Positions 53,420 to 64,000 of a stretch of DNA of 64,000 nucleotides are shown here, one piece after another. Within the stretch, counting starts at the first letter, position 1, and every line of letters starts with the position of its first letter. Made by a program: the position numbers and the translations under genes. The notes beneath the pieces were generated by a model. That model did not search any database and had not been told where the DNA came from. It worked only from the letters and a program-made list of their open reading frames with translations. Source of the stretch: Octopus vulgaris (lineage: Eukaryota); assembly GCA_951406725.2 (NCBI GenBank), contig OX597816.1:93682001-93746000 (forward strand), read 5' to 3'.

Positions 53420-53960
53420 GGACGGCATATCGATAGTGACGGAAATATTTATTATTATTGCAATATTTGTTCCGTCTTTTTGCATTCTGAGTTAAAATTC
53501 CGACGTGGTCAACTTTGCCTTTCATCTTTTCTGGATCGAAAAAGATAAAACCCCACCTTCTCAAAATCGTTGGCCCTTTGCTTAAACTAGATACCGTTAT
53601 TATAATGGTATTTATTCTGGTTCTTTACGTTCTGAGTTGAAATCCTGTCGGAGTGTACTTTAGCTTTCATAATTTTATAAGTACTGGTGTTGATGTAATC
53701 AGTTAACGTCATCCTCCTAGTTGCCTACTTTAGTGACAATTATTAAGAGTATGAATTGAGAAAATTTTAAGAACATCGGGGAAATGGCTTCCAGAATTTC
53801 TTCCGGCTCTTTACGTTCTCGGTTCAAAAACCTACCAAGATCACCCATGCCTTTCATCGTCCCAAGGTCGATATATGAAGTACCAATCAAGCACAAAGGC
53901 TCATTTAATCACTTAAAGCCCCCAGCCCACCCCATAATTTCAAACCTTGCCCCTAAAATT
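53420..53960 (+). mobile_element. Decayed SINE family A fragments
   Basis: ttctgagtt.aaatt.cc...aactttgcctttcatc blocks occur three times. Confidence 0.6.
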
Positions 53961-54022
53961 ATCATCACTCTTAATCTTATTAACAATACAATGGACTGAC
54001 AGAAATCTAGTTCGTCTTAATT

Positions 54023-54862
54023 TACAGGATATTTACAATTTAGAAAAATAAAACACAATACCCCGCCCCAAAATAAAATAATTTTAAAAATCAATAATAT
54101 CAGTTAGATTTTGGCTGGGAAATAACAGTTTACTCAAAGTAGTAGCCCTCAGGTCTCAAGACGGCTCCAAAACCTGATACATGCGTTTCTGATTGTGTCC
54201 CCGGGAAGATCTTCGAACACTTTTTTTGATCTTGGCCACCAGCTCGACCTTGGCCACCAGCTCGTCACAGGCAGAGCGGATGGTTTTTTTTTCAATAGCG
54301 CTCCACATATAGTAATCCATAGGATTACAATCGTGGAAATTAGAGGGTCAGAAAATGGGGCTAATGAAGTCATAGAAATTCTCCGTCAACCCTAGGAACC
54401 GAATCCTCTGGTACCCATATGGCTTTCCAGCAGCAACCCTCTCCGGCCAGGGATTGACCACAATCTCCATCAGCTTCATATAGCCGTATGAGTTGAGCCT
54501 AATGCCCTGTTCAAAGATGAAGGGGTAAATTTCGGCGTGTTGACGCAGTCAGAACACATGCTGAGTCCTTTCGTGATTGCCACGGCTTTGTAGTTTCCGT
54601 TGCAGCAGTCCATTTCACGTATTACAGCCTTTACAGAGTTTCTCGAGCATTGAGCAGCAGTCATGATGTCGGCATTTTGATCATTATGATACAGGTAACT
54701 CCTTTCCGATATCGAGATGGCTTCCAGTCCTCCATGTCAGCTAATTGTTTCTCAACTACAACTTTATGCTCTCAAACGCCGTTGACAGTTTACCAATATA
54801 TTAAGCTGTTCCTGAAAAAGGAGACATAAAAAAATCGTCAAACTTAGCCCCAATACGCTGTA
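54023..54862 (-). mobile_element. Tc1/mariner-superfamily (maT/DD37D-like) remnant
   Basis: Minus-strand NFHDCNPMDYYMWSAIEK (SPDxNPxD-like) and DTIRNACIRFWSRLE. Ends are uncertain. Confidence 0.6.
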
Positions 54863-55789
54863 TCTTCCCAATGTGTCCTGGTCTCAATGAAATGAATTTT
54901 AGCTTTCATCTGTCTTCGGTCGATAAAATATACATCACCGCTTTATAAATGTCAGTTCGTAAAATCATCCATTATTATTAGCATTAATAATAGCTGAAAA
55001 TTGAGTTTTTCGATTTGTTTCTACACATCTAGCCATAATTTTAATTGACGCCATTTAAGTTTTCTTTTTCGTAACTTTTCGGGGCTCTTATAAGTAATGT
55101 AGAGTTTTTAGGCGACTTATAGTTAACATTATAATCATAGAATTTACTTCAAACAACTTGAAAGTTTTTCCAGTTAGTAATTGCAGATATATATATTTTT
55201 TTTTCACTTCCTCCGAGAATATGAAGATGTCGACCTTATTCAACTAACTGATTTCATGTCAAACTTCAAAGACCTTCACACAAATTGTTTACTAAGTGTG
55301 TCTGTAAATGTACGGCATTACGAGACTCGAATAAGGTAAATTTGAGACAACTACACAAGTTAGTGAATTGGACATTAAAGTATAACAGGCAAATCTAAAA
55401 TTAAAGATTATAAAGTAGAAAACTTATGTAATGATTAATAGTAAATAAACTAAGAGACAGTGATATTATCGAGGAGAGATTTGAGAGACGGAGACAGAAA
55501 CAAAGAATTGGAGATTGGGGTGCAGCAATCATCATATTTATTAGATACATTATTTGTTTGAAGTAGAGGTTCTGCTTTGGTTAATTCTAATCGGAGATGG
55601 CGTTGTTCTATTATCAACGGCTCCAACCTCCTCGCTGGAAACCATGCGAGAAATTGAAATTGTTACTAAGTTCTGTTATTTTTATTCGGAAGCCATAAGT
55701 CAAGACTAAAAGGAAATTCAGCGACGGTTTTTCTGTCTGCTCAAAGCGCCGATAAAGGTGAGAGAAAGAGGTGGGTACTGAAAGAATTA

Positions 55790-55799
55790 GATGTGTGTT

Positions 55800-55884
<85 letters not shown>

Positions 55885-55920
55885 AAGAGTGAGAGAGAGA
55901 GAAAGAGTGAGAGAGAGGAG
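55790..55920. repeat. (GT)n(GA)n microsatellite
   Basis: Direct reading. Confidence 0.95.
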
Positions 55921-56379
55921 GAAGAGGTTGGGTGGGTAACATAGACAGAAATAGAAGTAAAAAGTAGAAAGAGAGAGAAGGAATAGAGAATGCTGGAAAG
56001 AGTGTATGCCAATGAAAGAGTAGAGAAAGATGGAGGCGAATAGAAACAGGGAGAGCGTGATAAAGAGTGTAGCAGAGAAAAAGCAAGAGATAAAGAAAAA
56101 AGTAGAAATGATAGTGAGAAATAAAAGACTGAAGGAAAATAGAGTACGAGGAATATGCGAAAAGAAGAAAAATAGAGAAAATATGAAACCAGTGTAAATG
56201 GTTAAAGATGCTTACAAATTATATTTTATTGAATAGTCGCCCTTCTAGTTTGCCGAGCTGGTTTCCGAACGTATTTTACAAAAATGTAAATAAAAACTAA
56301 AAATTAAAAAAAAAAAACATTCTTAAATGTTTAGGACTTTTGTCTCTGGAAAACTTTTCTCTTTCTTACACTTATTACT

Positions 56380-56583
56380 GGCAGGTTCATTAACGCGTCG
56401 GTCAAATGTTTTATAGCATTTCTTCCGGCTCTTTTACGTTCGTAGTTCAAATTCCGCCAAGGTCAGTTTTACCATTCAAATTTTCGGGATCAATAAAATA
56501 AGTACCAGTTGAGCACTGGAGACGATATAATCAACTTGCCCCTTCCCACTAAAATTTCTGGCCTTCTGCCAAACTTAAAAAGA

Positions 56584-56629
<46 letters not shown>

Positions 56630-57430
56630 GCGGCATTTCTTTCAGTTCTTGACTTTCCGAGTTCAAATTCCGCCGAGGTTGAATTTGCCTTCCATCCAAT
56701 CGGTGTCGATAAAATAAGTATCTATTAAGAGCTGAGGTCGATTTAATCGGCTAGAATTCATCATACTAAAATTCAAGCCTTGTACCTGAAGTAGAAAGAA
56801 TTATTATTAAGAAAGCGTTGACCTGGCAGAAACATTAGCACGCCGAGTGAAATGCTTAGCAGTTTTTCATCTGTCTTTAAGTTCTGAGTTCAAATTCCGC
56901 CGAGGTCAACTTTGCCTTTCATCCTTTCGGGGTCGATAAATTAAGTACCAGTTACGCACTGGGTCGATGTAATCGACTTAATCCCCTTGTTTGTCCCCTC
57001 TATGTTTAGCCCCTTGTGGGCAATAAAGAAATAAGAATCGTTAGCACTCTAGACAAAATACATATAGGTACCTCATCCTTTTTTATGTTCTGAACTCAAA
57101 TTCTGCCGAGATCAATTTTAGGGTCGATAAGTAAGTACCAGTGAAGCACTGTGGTCACTATAATCGGTTATCCCCCTCCCCGCCAAATTGCAAGCCTTTT
57201 GCCTATCCTTGAAAAGGTTACTAAGAAGGCAGTGAGCTGGAAGAATGCGTCGTACAAAATGTTCTGTGGCACTTTATGTTCTGAGTCTAAAACCCATCGA
57301 CGTCGGTATTGCTTGTTGTTTTTTCGGTGTCGATAAAATAAAATAGCACTCATGTACTGGGATCAATATAATCGACTTCCAGCTCCCTCAAAATAAAAAA
57401 ACAGCTGACCCTGTGCCAAGATTTGAAACC
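56380..57430 (+). mobile_element. Head-to-tail array of about 5 SINE family A copies
   Basis: gttcaaattccgcc.agg...tcgataaa..aagtacca recurs at about 56445, 56660, 56885, 57095 and 57285. The copy at 56810-57035 is the best preserved. Confidence 0.85.
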
Positions 57431-57439
57431 ATTATCATT

Positions 57440-57722
57440 ATTTTTATTATTTCTCTTTATCATAGATTCTGTTGGAGCTCCTGGAGTCTTACATGCATAC
57501 TGCAGCCTACGGTACCATGCTATCCATTCTTTTCGCTATCTAATACTTTTCTGATTATTCTGGCCGTGCGATGGAGGCAAACTTTTTATAACAGTTCTAC
57601 TGAGCACTCTATTCCAATTTCCTTTATATTCCCCTTGATGCCTTCTTATACTGTAACCAAAGACAGAACAATAATTGACACTATCTTCGCCTTCTTCATT
57701 TTCCATAGTCGGGCTATTTCGT
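57440..57722 (-). mobile_element. R4/Dong-type LINE 3' fragment
   Basis: Minus-strand ELL*KVCLHRTARIIRKVL. Bounded by ATT repeats. Confidence 0.65.
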
Positions 57723-57734
57723 ATGTTATTATTA

Positions 57735-57790
<56 letters not shown>

Positions 57791-59561
57791 TTCATTGCCT
57801 TTGCACAGCTTCTAACACTGAAGATGTATTACAGTGTTAGCTGTTCATTACCAGTGAACTAAGGTAACACCTCTTATTTTTCTAGCACCTTCCGGAGTAT
57901 TCGAGCGATTCCAATCAGTGCTGTTTTCAGCAAGTGCTCCAAACTTATTGCAGCCCCTATTTGTTCCATGTACTTCTCGAGATTTTTACTCACTGTTGCC
58001 AGGACTCCGACAATTATTGTTACTACTGCTACCTTTTTCATCGACCACAACTGTTTAATTTCCCAAGCCTACCTGTCATATCTCTCAACTTTTCTTTCTT
58101 CCTTATCGCATTACTTGTTGTCACCTGGGCACGCTATATCTATGATCCAGTATAGTTTGTTATTTTTTCTAAATTAAGGCTATCTCCGATTTCCTATTCT
58201 CTATCTCATGGTCGCACTGAATCATAAAATCCCATAGGATATTTGATTTCTGTTTTCGACGATGCTTTCGGGTTTGTGGTCGTACCAATTTTTTGCTCTT
58301 TCAAGTCCATACTTGTTACAAAATGTCCAATGGACAAACTTGGCTATATTGTCGTGGCGTCTTTTATATTCCTTCTGGGCTAGTGACGTACCTTGGCTGG
58401 TAATATGCCATACGGTTTCACCGTTTTGTCCACAGATTCTGCACTTATCACTTTCTGCTGTGTTGTCTATTCTGTTTTTTATGTAGTTTGTTCTTAGTGC
58501 TTGCTCTTGGGCAGCACAGATTAGAGCATCCGTTTCCGGTTTTAAATAACTTTTAGTCACCCACATCTGGTCCCATGGCCTTCCAGTTGCTAATTTTTTT
58601 TTTTTTTTGCTGATTTCCTTCACTTCCCTAACTGAAATGACTAGTTCTGTCTGTCTTGGATAAACTTCTGTTTGTTTCGGTTCTTGCAACCATTCAGCAT
58701 CCTTCTTGTGCTCCTTGTCTTTGCTCCAGATGTCACTCCAAAACCTTTGGCTTTCAATGTTATCTGGTAACAACTTTTCATATGTACACTATCCATTTAT
58801 TTCTTTATAGAATCTCGTCTGATCTATTCTGAATAACCTATTTAGGTGTAACCCTTCATTCTTTGGTCGTATCTTTGCTTTCTTTGCAATGAAGCGCTGT
58901 TTCAATTCCTACACTACTACTTTGATGCCTTTTCTTTCAGTATTATACTTCCTTTTCAGCGCCCTGTATTTTTGTTTGCTTTTAAGTTCCCCTTTCTCTT
59001 TTCGATCTAACACAGAGATTTCCTTCGAGAGCATGTCTAACCCTGCTTGGATTCTTCTTTTCCACCATGGATCTTTTCTTTTTTCACTCCCATTATGTTT
59101 CTTTTTCTTGACATTAACACCAATATTTTCTGCTACAACAATACTTGATGCTTTGATCAAATTATTTCTTTCAGCAATGTTTTTTGTTCTGATTTAATCC
59201 AGAATTTCATTGACATTTTTCGTTTCTTGGTTCAATGTCCACCGGCCAACAGTTTTAAGGTTGCAAATAATGTCGCTATCGTTCTCCTGCAGTCTTGCCT
59301 TTATTCTGTCGTAGATTGCCTTTTGTTCATCTGTCACGTCGCCATTAGTTTTATTGTCTTCTTCCAGATCATCTGTATGTCTCTCATCCGTATCTCTCTC
59401 ATTTGTAAGTCTCTCATCAAGTAAACTACTACTGCTCCATTCCTGTGCTATGAGATTACTTTTATCAGGTTGCGCAATTACCAGTGTTTTTATTGTGACA
59501 CCATCACTAGATGTATCATTAATCAGCCCATGCGGAGGAGGAGGCTCCACTCGTTTGCTGC

Positions 59562-59562
<1 letters not shown>
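57791..59562 (-). mobile_element. R4/Dong-type LINE lacking the RT domain, inserted in (TAA)n
   Basis: KDPWWKRRIQ, RFWSDIWS, LKPETDALICAAQEQALRTN, CRICGQNGETVWHI (CCHC), YKRRHDNIAKFVHW and C-terminal LLENSTDWNRSNTPEGA (frameshifted KTALLGTARILRKVL-like). (ATT)n on both sides. Confidence 0.88.
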
Positions 59563-59600
<38 letters not shown>

Positions 59601-59689
59601 TATTATTATTATTATTATCGTTATCGTTATCGTCATCATCATCATCATCATCATCATCATTATCATCACTGACTCTCGACAAGTTATTC

Positions 59690-61550
59690 AACGTGAAGCA
59701 CGAAAACTGCATTATCAGAGTTTAGGTGCGTGTTCTTAGACACGATTGGCCCGTGTGGCGAAGTCGCAACTTGGTATTAAAGCCACGGTTTGTTCTCTGG
59801 TGGACCATAATAGGTATATGTTACTTGACTCCAAGAGAATGTGTGTGGCTTTTAAGCAGCGTCTCGATGGAGTGTTCAGGATGAATGGTGGGTCGAAATG
59901 CACGATGGATTTCAGTGTTCACCTCGGCAAGAGAGGTGAAGTGTTACGAAAGGCACTTAAGTGCCTCGGAAATACGGGAGGAAATGGTTGGCTGCACAGC
60001 GAGCAAATATGCTTGGTCTTTCTTGCGAATCGAGAAGTGATAGCGCTACTGAGAGAGGACAAACAAGGGAATTACATTGATAATTTTTTAGCCATACCTC
60101 TGCTAAACAGAATTTTTGTCAAGACGACTGGCGCTGGAGAAGCAAGACCGTGCTGTCCAACAACGCTCGACGGATGGACCGGTTAAGTAGGTAGGGGTCT
60201 GGTTTGTTCCAGATCTTCAGGTGAAAAAGAACAGGGACAAGGTAACTGTAAGTGGGGCCACTATCACCCACAAATAAGCCGAGAGGAAGCCCCATGAAAA
60301 ATCGAGCAAAGAGGGCGAACGCTTACATCACCTCCGTCATATATTACCTCCTAACCGTCATGCTTTGCACCAGTTCACGTCTCTCCGTATTGAATCGCTT
60401 GCTCTTTTGCTTTCTGTGGAAGAGACACGTTTCAATGCTTAAGCGCTCCGTTTGTTGTCAAGACTCGCTGAGTGGAGTAGTGGGCATGCCGTGGCTGATG
60501 GTCTTCAGACATCCTCTAGGACTACAACATCTCTCGCGTTTCCTTGAAGATTTAGCAGGCATGGCTGCAGTTTGTGAGAATCACTTTTCTACAGCTCACC
60601 TCTTTCACAGAGCTGCAGTCCTGGATCAAGCGTAGACCAGGGCAGGGCATCTGTCATCTGAAGTACTTAAAACCAAGTAATACTACAAGACGAGTAATGC
60701 GGTCGGTGCAAGTTCCACTTCGGTGTCCCATTGAGAAATCTTCGAGGGTATCATTTACGACGTTCCCGAAGAGATTCTAAGAGTCGACACGAACCAACTG
60801 GTAGGTCTGACCGGAGAACTTTCTGTGCAAACCCAACAGATAATCTCCAGAAATTTCCAGTTCGACAGGGCTACTGGGATATTGCCAGTTCCAGATACCC
60901 GCAAACCGACAAAACTATTCTGAATGTACTCGTCCCAAACCCCGGGAACGTTACTGAATTGCATAGTTATGTCGAACACTTGCTGTCGCAAGTAGGACGG
61001 TATAACAATGAGCTGTATCCATCGTGAAGATTGTCCTGCGGTCTGCCTTTGGCTGACAAGGACAGACAGTTTTTATCTCTCTGGGAGTCTTAAGGAAATG
61101 GGTTGCATAATGGCTCAGACACAAAGAGCTGAAGAGAGACACATGCCTCTTTGGCCAAGCCCGCGTCAACTTTTTTAAAATCAAATGAAAAAAATGTGAG
61201 TGTAGAGAAGGAAGCACTGCCTTCCACAAAATTTGTTAAAAAGAAGATGATAATGGCCAGAAGAGTCCGAATGAACGAACCTTTTTTGAACATATACCTA
61301 TAGATTGAGGAAAGGGGTGAAAGGGCACTTGCTTTAGGGTGTCTATAATTTTGTTGGGGTTTGCACGAGAAACCCTCAGAAACTTCCCTATTTATGAAGG
61401 AATTATTCATTGTTTGCATTTTTGTTTCTATGCTGCTGTTAGTCTATTGTTTACCCGCTTTTATATAGCCCCACATTGTATTGTACAGTATTGTCCTGTA
61501 TCATCATCGATCTTTTTGTAAACCCTTAGTGGTTAATAAAGAAAATATCA
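59690..61550 (+). mobile_element. Tx1-like LINE remnant related to the 18.3-20.2 kb copy, RT core largely missing
   Basis: KNRAKRANAYITSVIYYLLTV...KRSVCCQ...GMPWLM parallels ORF 19393-19683. Ends with aataaa and an (ATT)n tail. Confidence 0.75.
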
Positions 61551-61966
61551 TTATTATTATTGTTATTACTATCATCATTATTTGTGTTGTTGTTGTTGCT
61601 GGTGTTGTTGTAGTTGTTGTTGTTGTTGTTAATTTGATTTTATAGGCTGCTTTTTTTTATCTATTTTTCATTCGTCTCTTCGAAGCGACCGTCTTTTTTG
61701 TATTGTTTTTTTTTTTTTAACGTATTATCTGACGTCCCATTGGTGCCATCACGTTTCTAAGTTGGCAACTCTTATTTCTCGAGGCAGACTCCAACCAAAG
61801 AATTGGTCATGTTAGGCGGCAGCCGTTGAAATAATTTACCTAACTTCCGTTATTATTCAATATTTTTTTGATTACATTCCGAGTTATTTCCAGAGAATGG
61901 AACATTTGCTGCTGGCCACTCAGGGCCAGTAAGTCTAACTGGCTTCCCCTTTCCAATGAAAGTAAA

Positions 61967-62006
<40 letters not shown>

Positions 62007-62139
62007 AGAAAAGAAAGCAAAGGAAGAAGCTAACAATTCTTTTTCTTTCTCTCTTCTTCCTTTACATTATCTGTTTTGTCTTCATTTTTACTCTCACTCT
62101 ACAATATTCATTGCACTATTTATTAATCTAATAATGCGC

Positions 62140-62391
62140 CACACACACACTCACACACACACACACACACACTTACACACACACACAACACAAATGTGTA
62201 TGTATGCTTGTATGTATCTATCACTTTCCATCTTACTCTTTCAATGTATGTATGTATGTATGTATGTATGTATGTATGTATGCATCTATGTATGTATGTA
62301 TATACATACATGTATGTATACATATATATATACATATATATCTATACATATATATATACATATATCTATACATATATATATACATATATAC

Positions 62392-62426
<35 letters not shown>

Positions 62427-62487
62427 CATATATATATACATATATCTATACACACATATATATACATATATATATGCATATATATAC

Positions 62488-62538
<51 letters not shown>

Positions 62539-62545
62539 TACACAT
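62140..62545. repeat. (CA)n/(TATG)n/(TA)n low-complexity block
   Basis: Direct reading. Confidence 0.95.
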
Positions 62546-62967
62546 ATCTGTGCTCGTACGCTTGCTTGTATGTATATATCTTTATTTTTCCAATTTTCTC
62601 TTTATATTTCACCGCGACTACACACTCCTTCATCACCTACTTTCTCTCTCATACTTACATAAGACCTGTCGCCTAATCAAGATATATCGCCGTCTCTTGC
62701 TCTTCTTATTAATTATCTGTTTATTCATCCATTTATCTATCTGTAGCTCTGTTTTATTTTCCTCATCTATTTCATTTCTCTCTCTCTCCTGCTCCCTCTC
62801 TCCTTCTCCTTCCCTCCCCCCTCACTTTCTCTTTCGCTGCATTTGCTTATCTTTCTACCTACATATTCTCTTCATTTTTCTATCACTCTCTTACGCCATC
62901 GCCTATAAATGACAATAACCTGCGATGTTTCCTTCCCTATCTCTCACACTGTCCTCTCTCCTCCTTA

Positions 62968-62968
62968 C

Positions 62969-63051
<83 letters not shown>

Positions 63052-63159
63052 CCTACCTACCTATCCACCATTCATTTTTCTTTCTTGAAAGTTTTCTGTT
63101 TTGTGAAACCATTACCTCTTTCTTTCTCTTTCTCTCTCTCCCTATCTGCTTCACCCTCC

Positions 63160-63228
<69 letters not shown>

Positions 63229-63243
63229 CTCTCTCTGTCTGTC

Positions 63244-63306
<63 letters not shown>
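62968..63306. repeat. (TATC)n and (CT)n microsatellites
   Basis: Direct reading. Confidence 0.95.
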
Positions 63307-63309
<3 letters not shown>

Positions 63310-63315
63310 CATATA

Positions 63316-64000
63316 GAGAGTTTGGACAAAATAATAGAAACACTTGGCATCATAGTATCATAATTTTGAAGTAGCTATATAACGCTCAAAAGCTTGTTTA
63401 TTTTTATGTGTTTTTATTTATTATAAGTGTTGCTTAATATGTTTTTCTAAAATTGCAGTTTCTTTTCAAATATCATCAGAAAAAGGTAATTAAAATTCAT
63501 TAAAATGACAGATCTATCGGACTTTTAAAGAGGTCAAATTCTTGGTGCTCGTATGGCAGGCGCTAGCGTAACGAAAACAGCCAAAATGTTTGGTGTATCA
63601 AGAATTATTGTCTCGAAAGTAATGACAGACTTTGAGAAAAGGGGGAAAACCTCCTCGTCGAAACAAAACTCTGGAATAAAACCAAAACTTTCTGATAGGG
63701 ACCGTCGAACTCTTACACGAATTGTTAGAAAGAATCACAAAAGTACTACTCCCATTATTACTGCAGAGTTTAATGACCACCTCGAGAACCCAGTTTCCAA
63801 AAAAAAACTGTTTGCGGGAGCTGCACAAAGCCGGATTTCACGAGAGGGCTGCAATTAGAAAACCACTACTTTCAAAAACAAACGTTGCAAAGCGTTTAGA
63901 ATTAAATAAAAACCTACAAAGTAGTGGAAGAATGTTATTTTCTCGGACGAGTCATCCTTTACCTTATTTCAGACCACTGGCTGAGTATACATGTGGAGAC
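63316..64000 (+). mobile_element. Tc1-like transposon 5' part, decayed
   Basis: TIR-like agagagtttggacaaaataatagaaacac. MTDLSDF*RGQILGARMAGASVTKTAKMFGVSR...SGIKPKLSDRDRRTLTRIVRKN (paired-type HTH) and WKNVIFSDESSF (first catalytic D). Confidence 0.88.

Noticed and set aside
56380-57430. CRISPR-like repeat array
   Set aside because: Units are about 200-bp diverged SINE copies in eukaryotic DNA, with no constant repeat/unique spacer pattern and no cas genes.

Overview
AT-rich, microsatellite-dense animal genomic DNA. The SINE families and the abundance of (TA)n, (CA)n, (TAA)n and (GATA)n suggest a cephalopod such as Octopus (inference). I see no intact protein-coding gene: most listed ORFs are translated microsatellites and the rest are decayed transposon ORFs. 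The window holds a Buster-type hAT with nested Helitrons, Penelope-like (GIY-YIG) elements, RTE-, Tx1- and R4/Dong-type LINE remnants, several mariner/Tc1 remnants and many tRNA-derived SINEs. A few unique islands have splice-like signals and may be exons of a minus-strand host transcript (low confidence). The main unexplained signal is a dispersed set of about 8 minimal type I hammerhead-ribozyme (HHR) motifs. They lie in Penelope-like terminal repeats and fold-back elements, mostly beside (TA)n tracts, and keep stems I/II and a palindromic stem III. Several carry non-standard catalytic cores, including a compensatory C3:G8 to G3:C8 swap in a copy with perfect 97-bp inverted arms. All folds were worked out by eye; coordinates of decayed elements are approximate.
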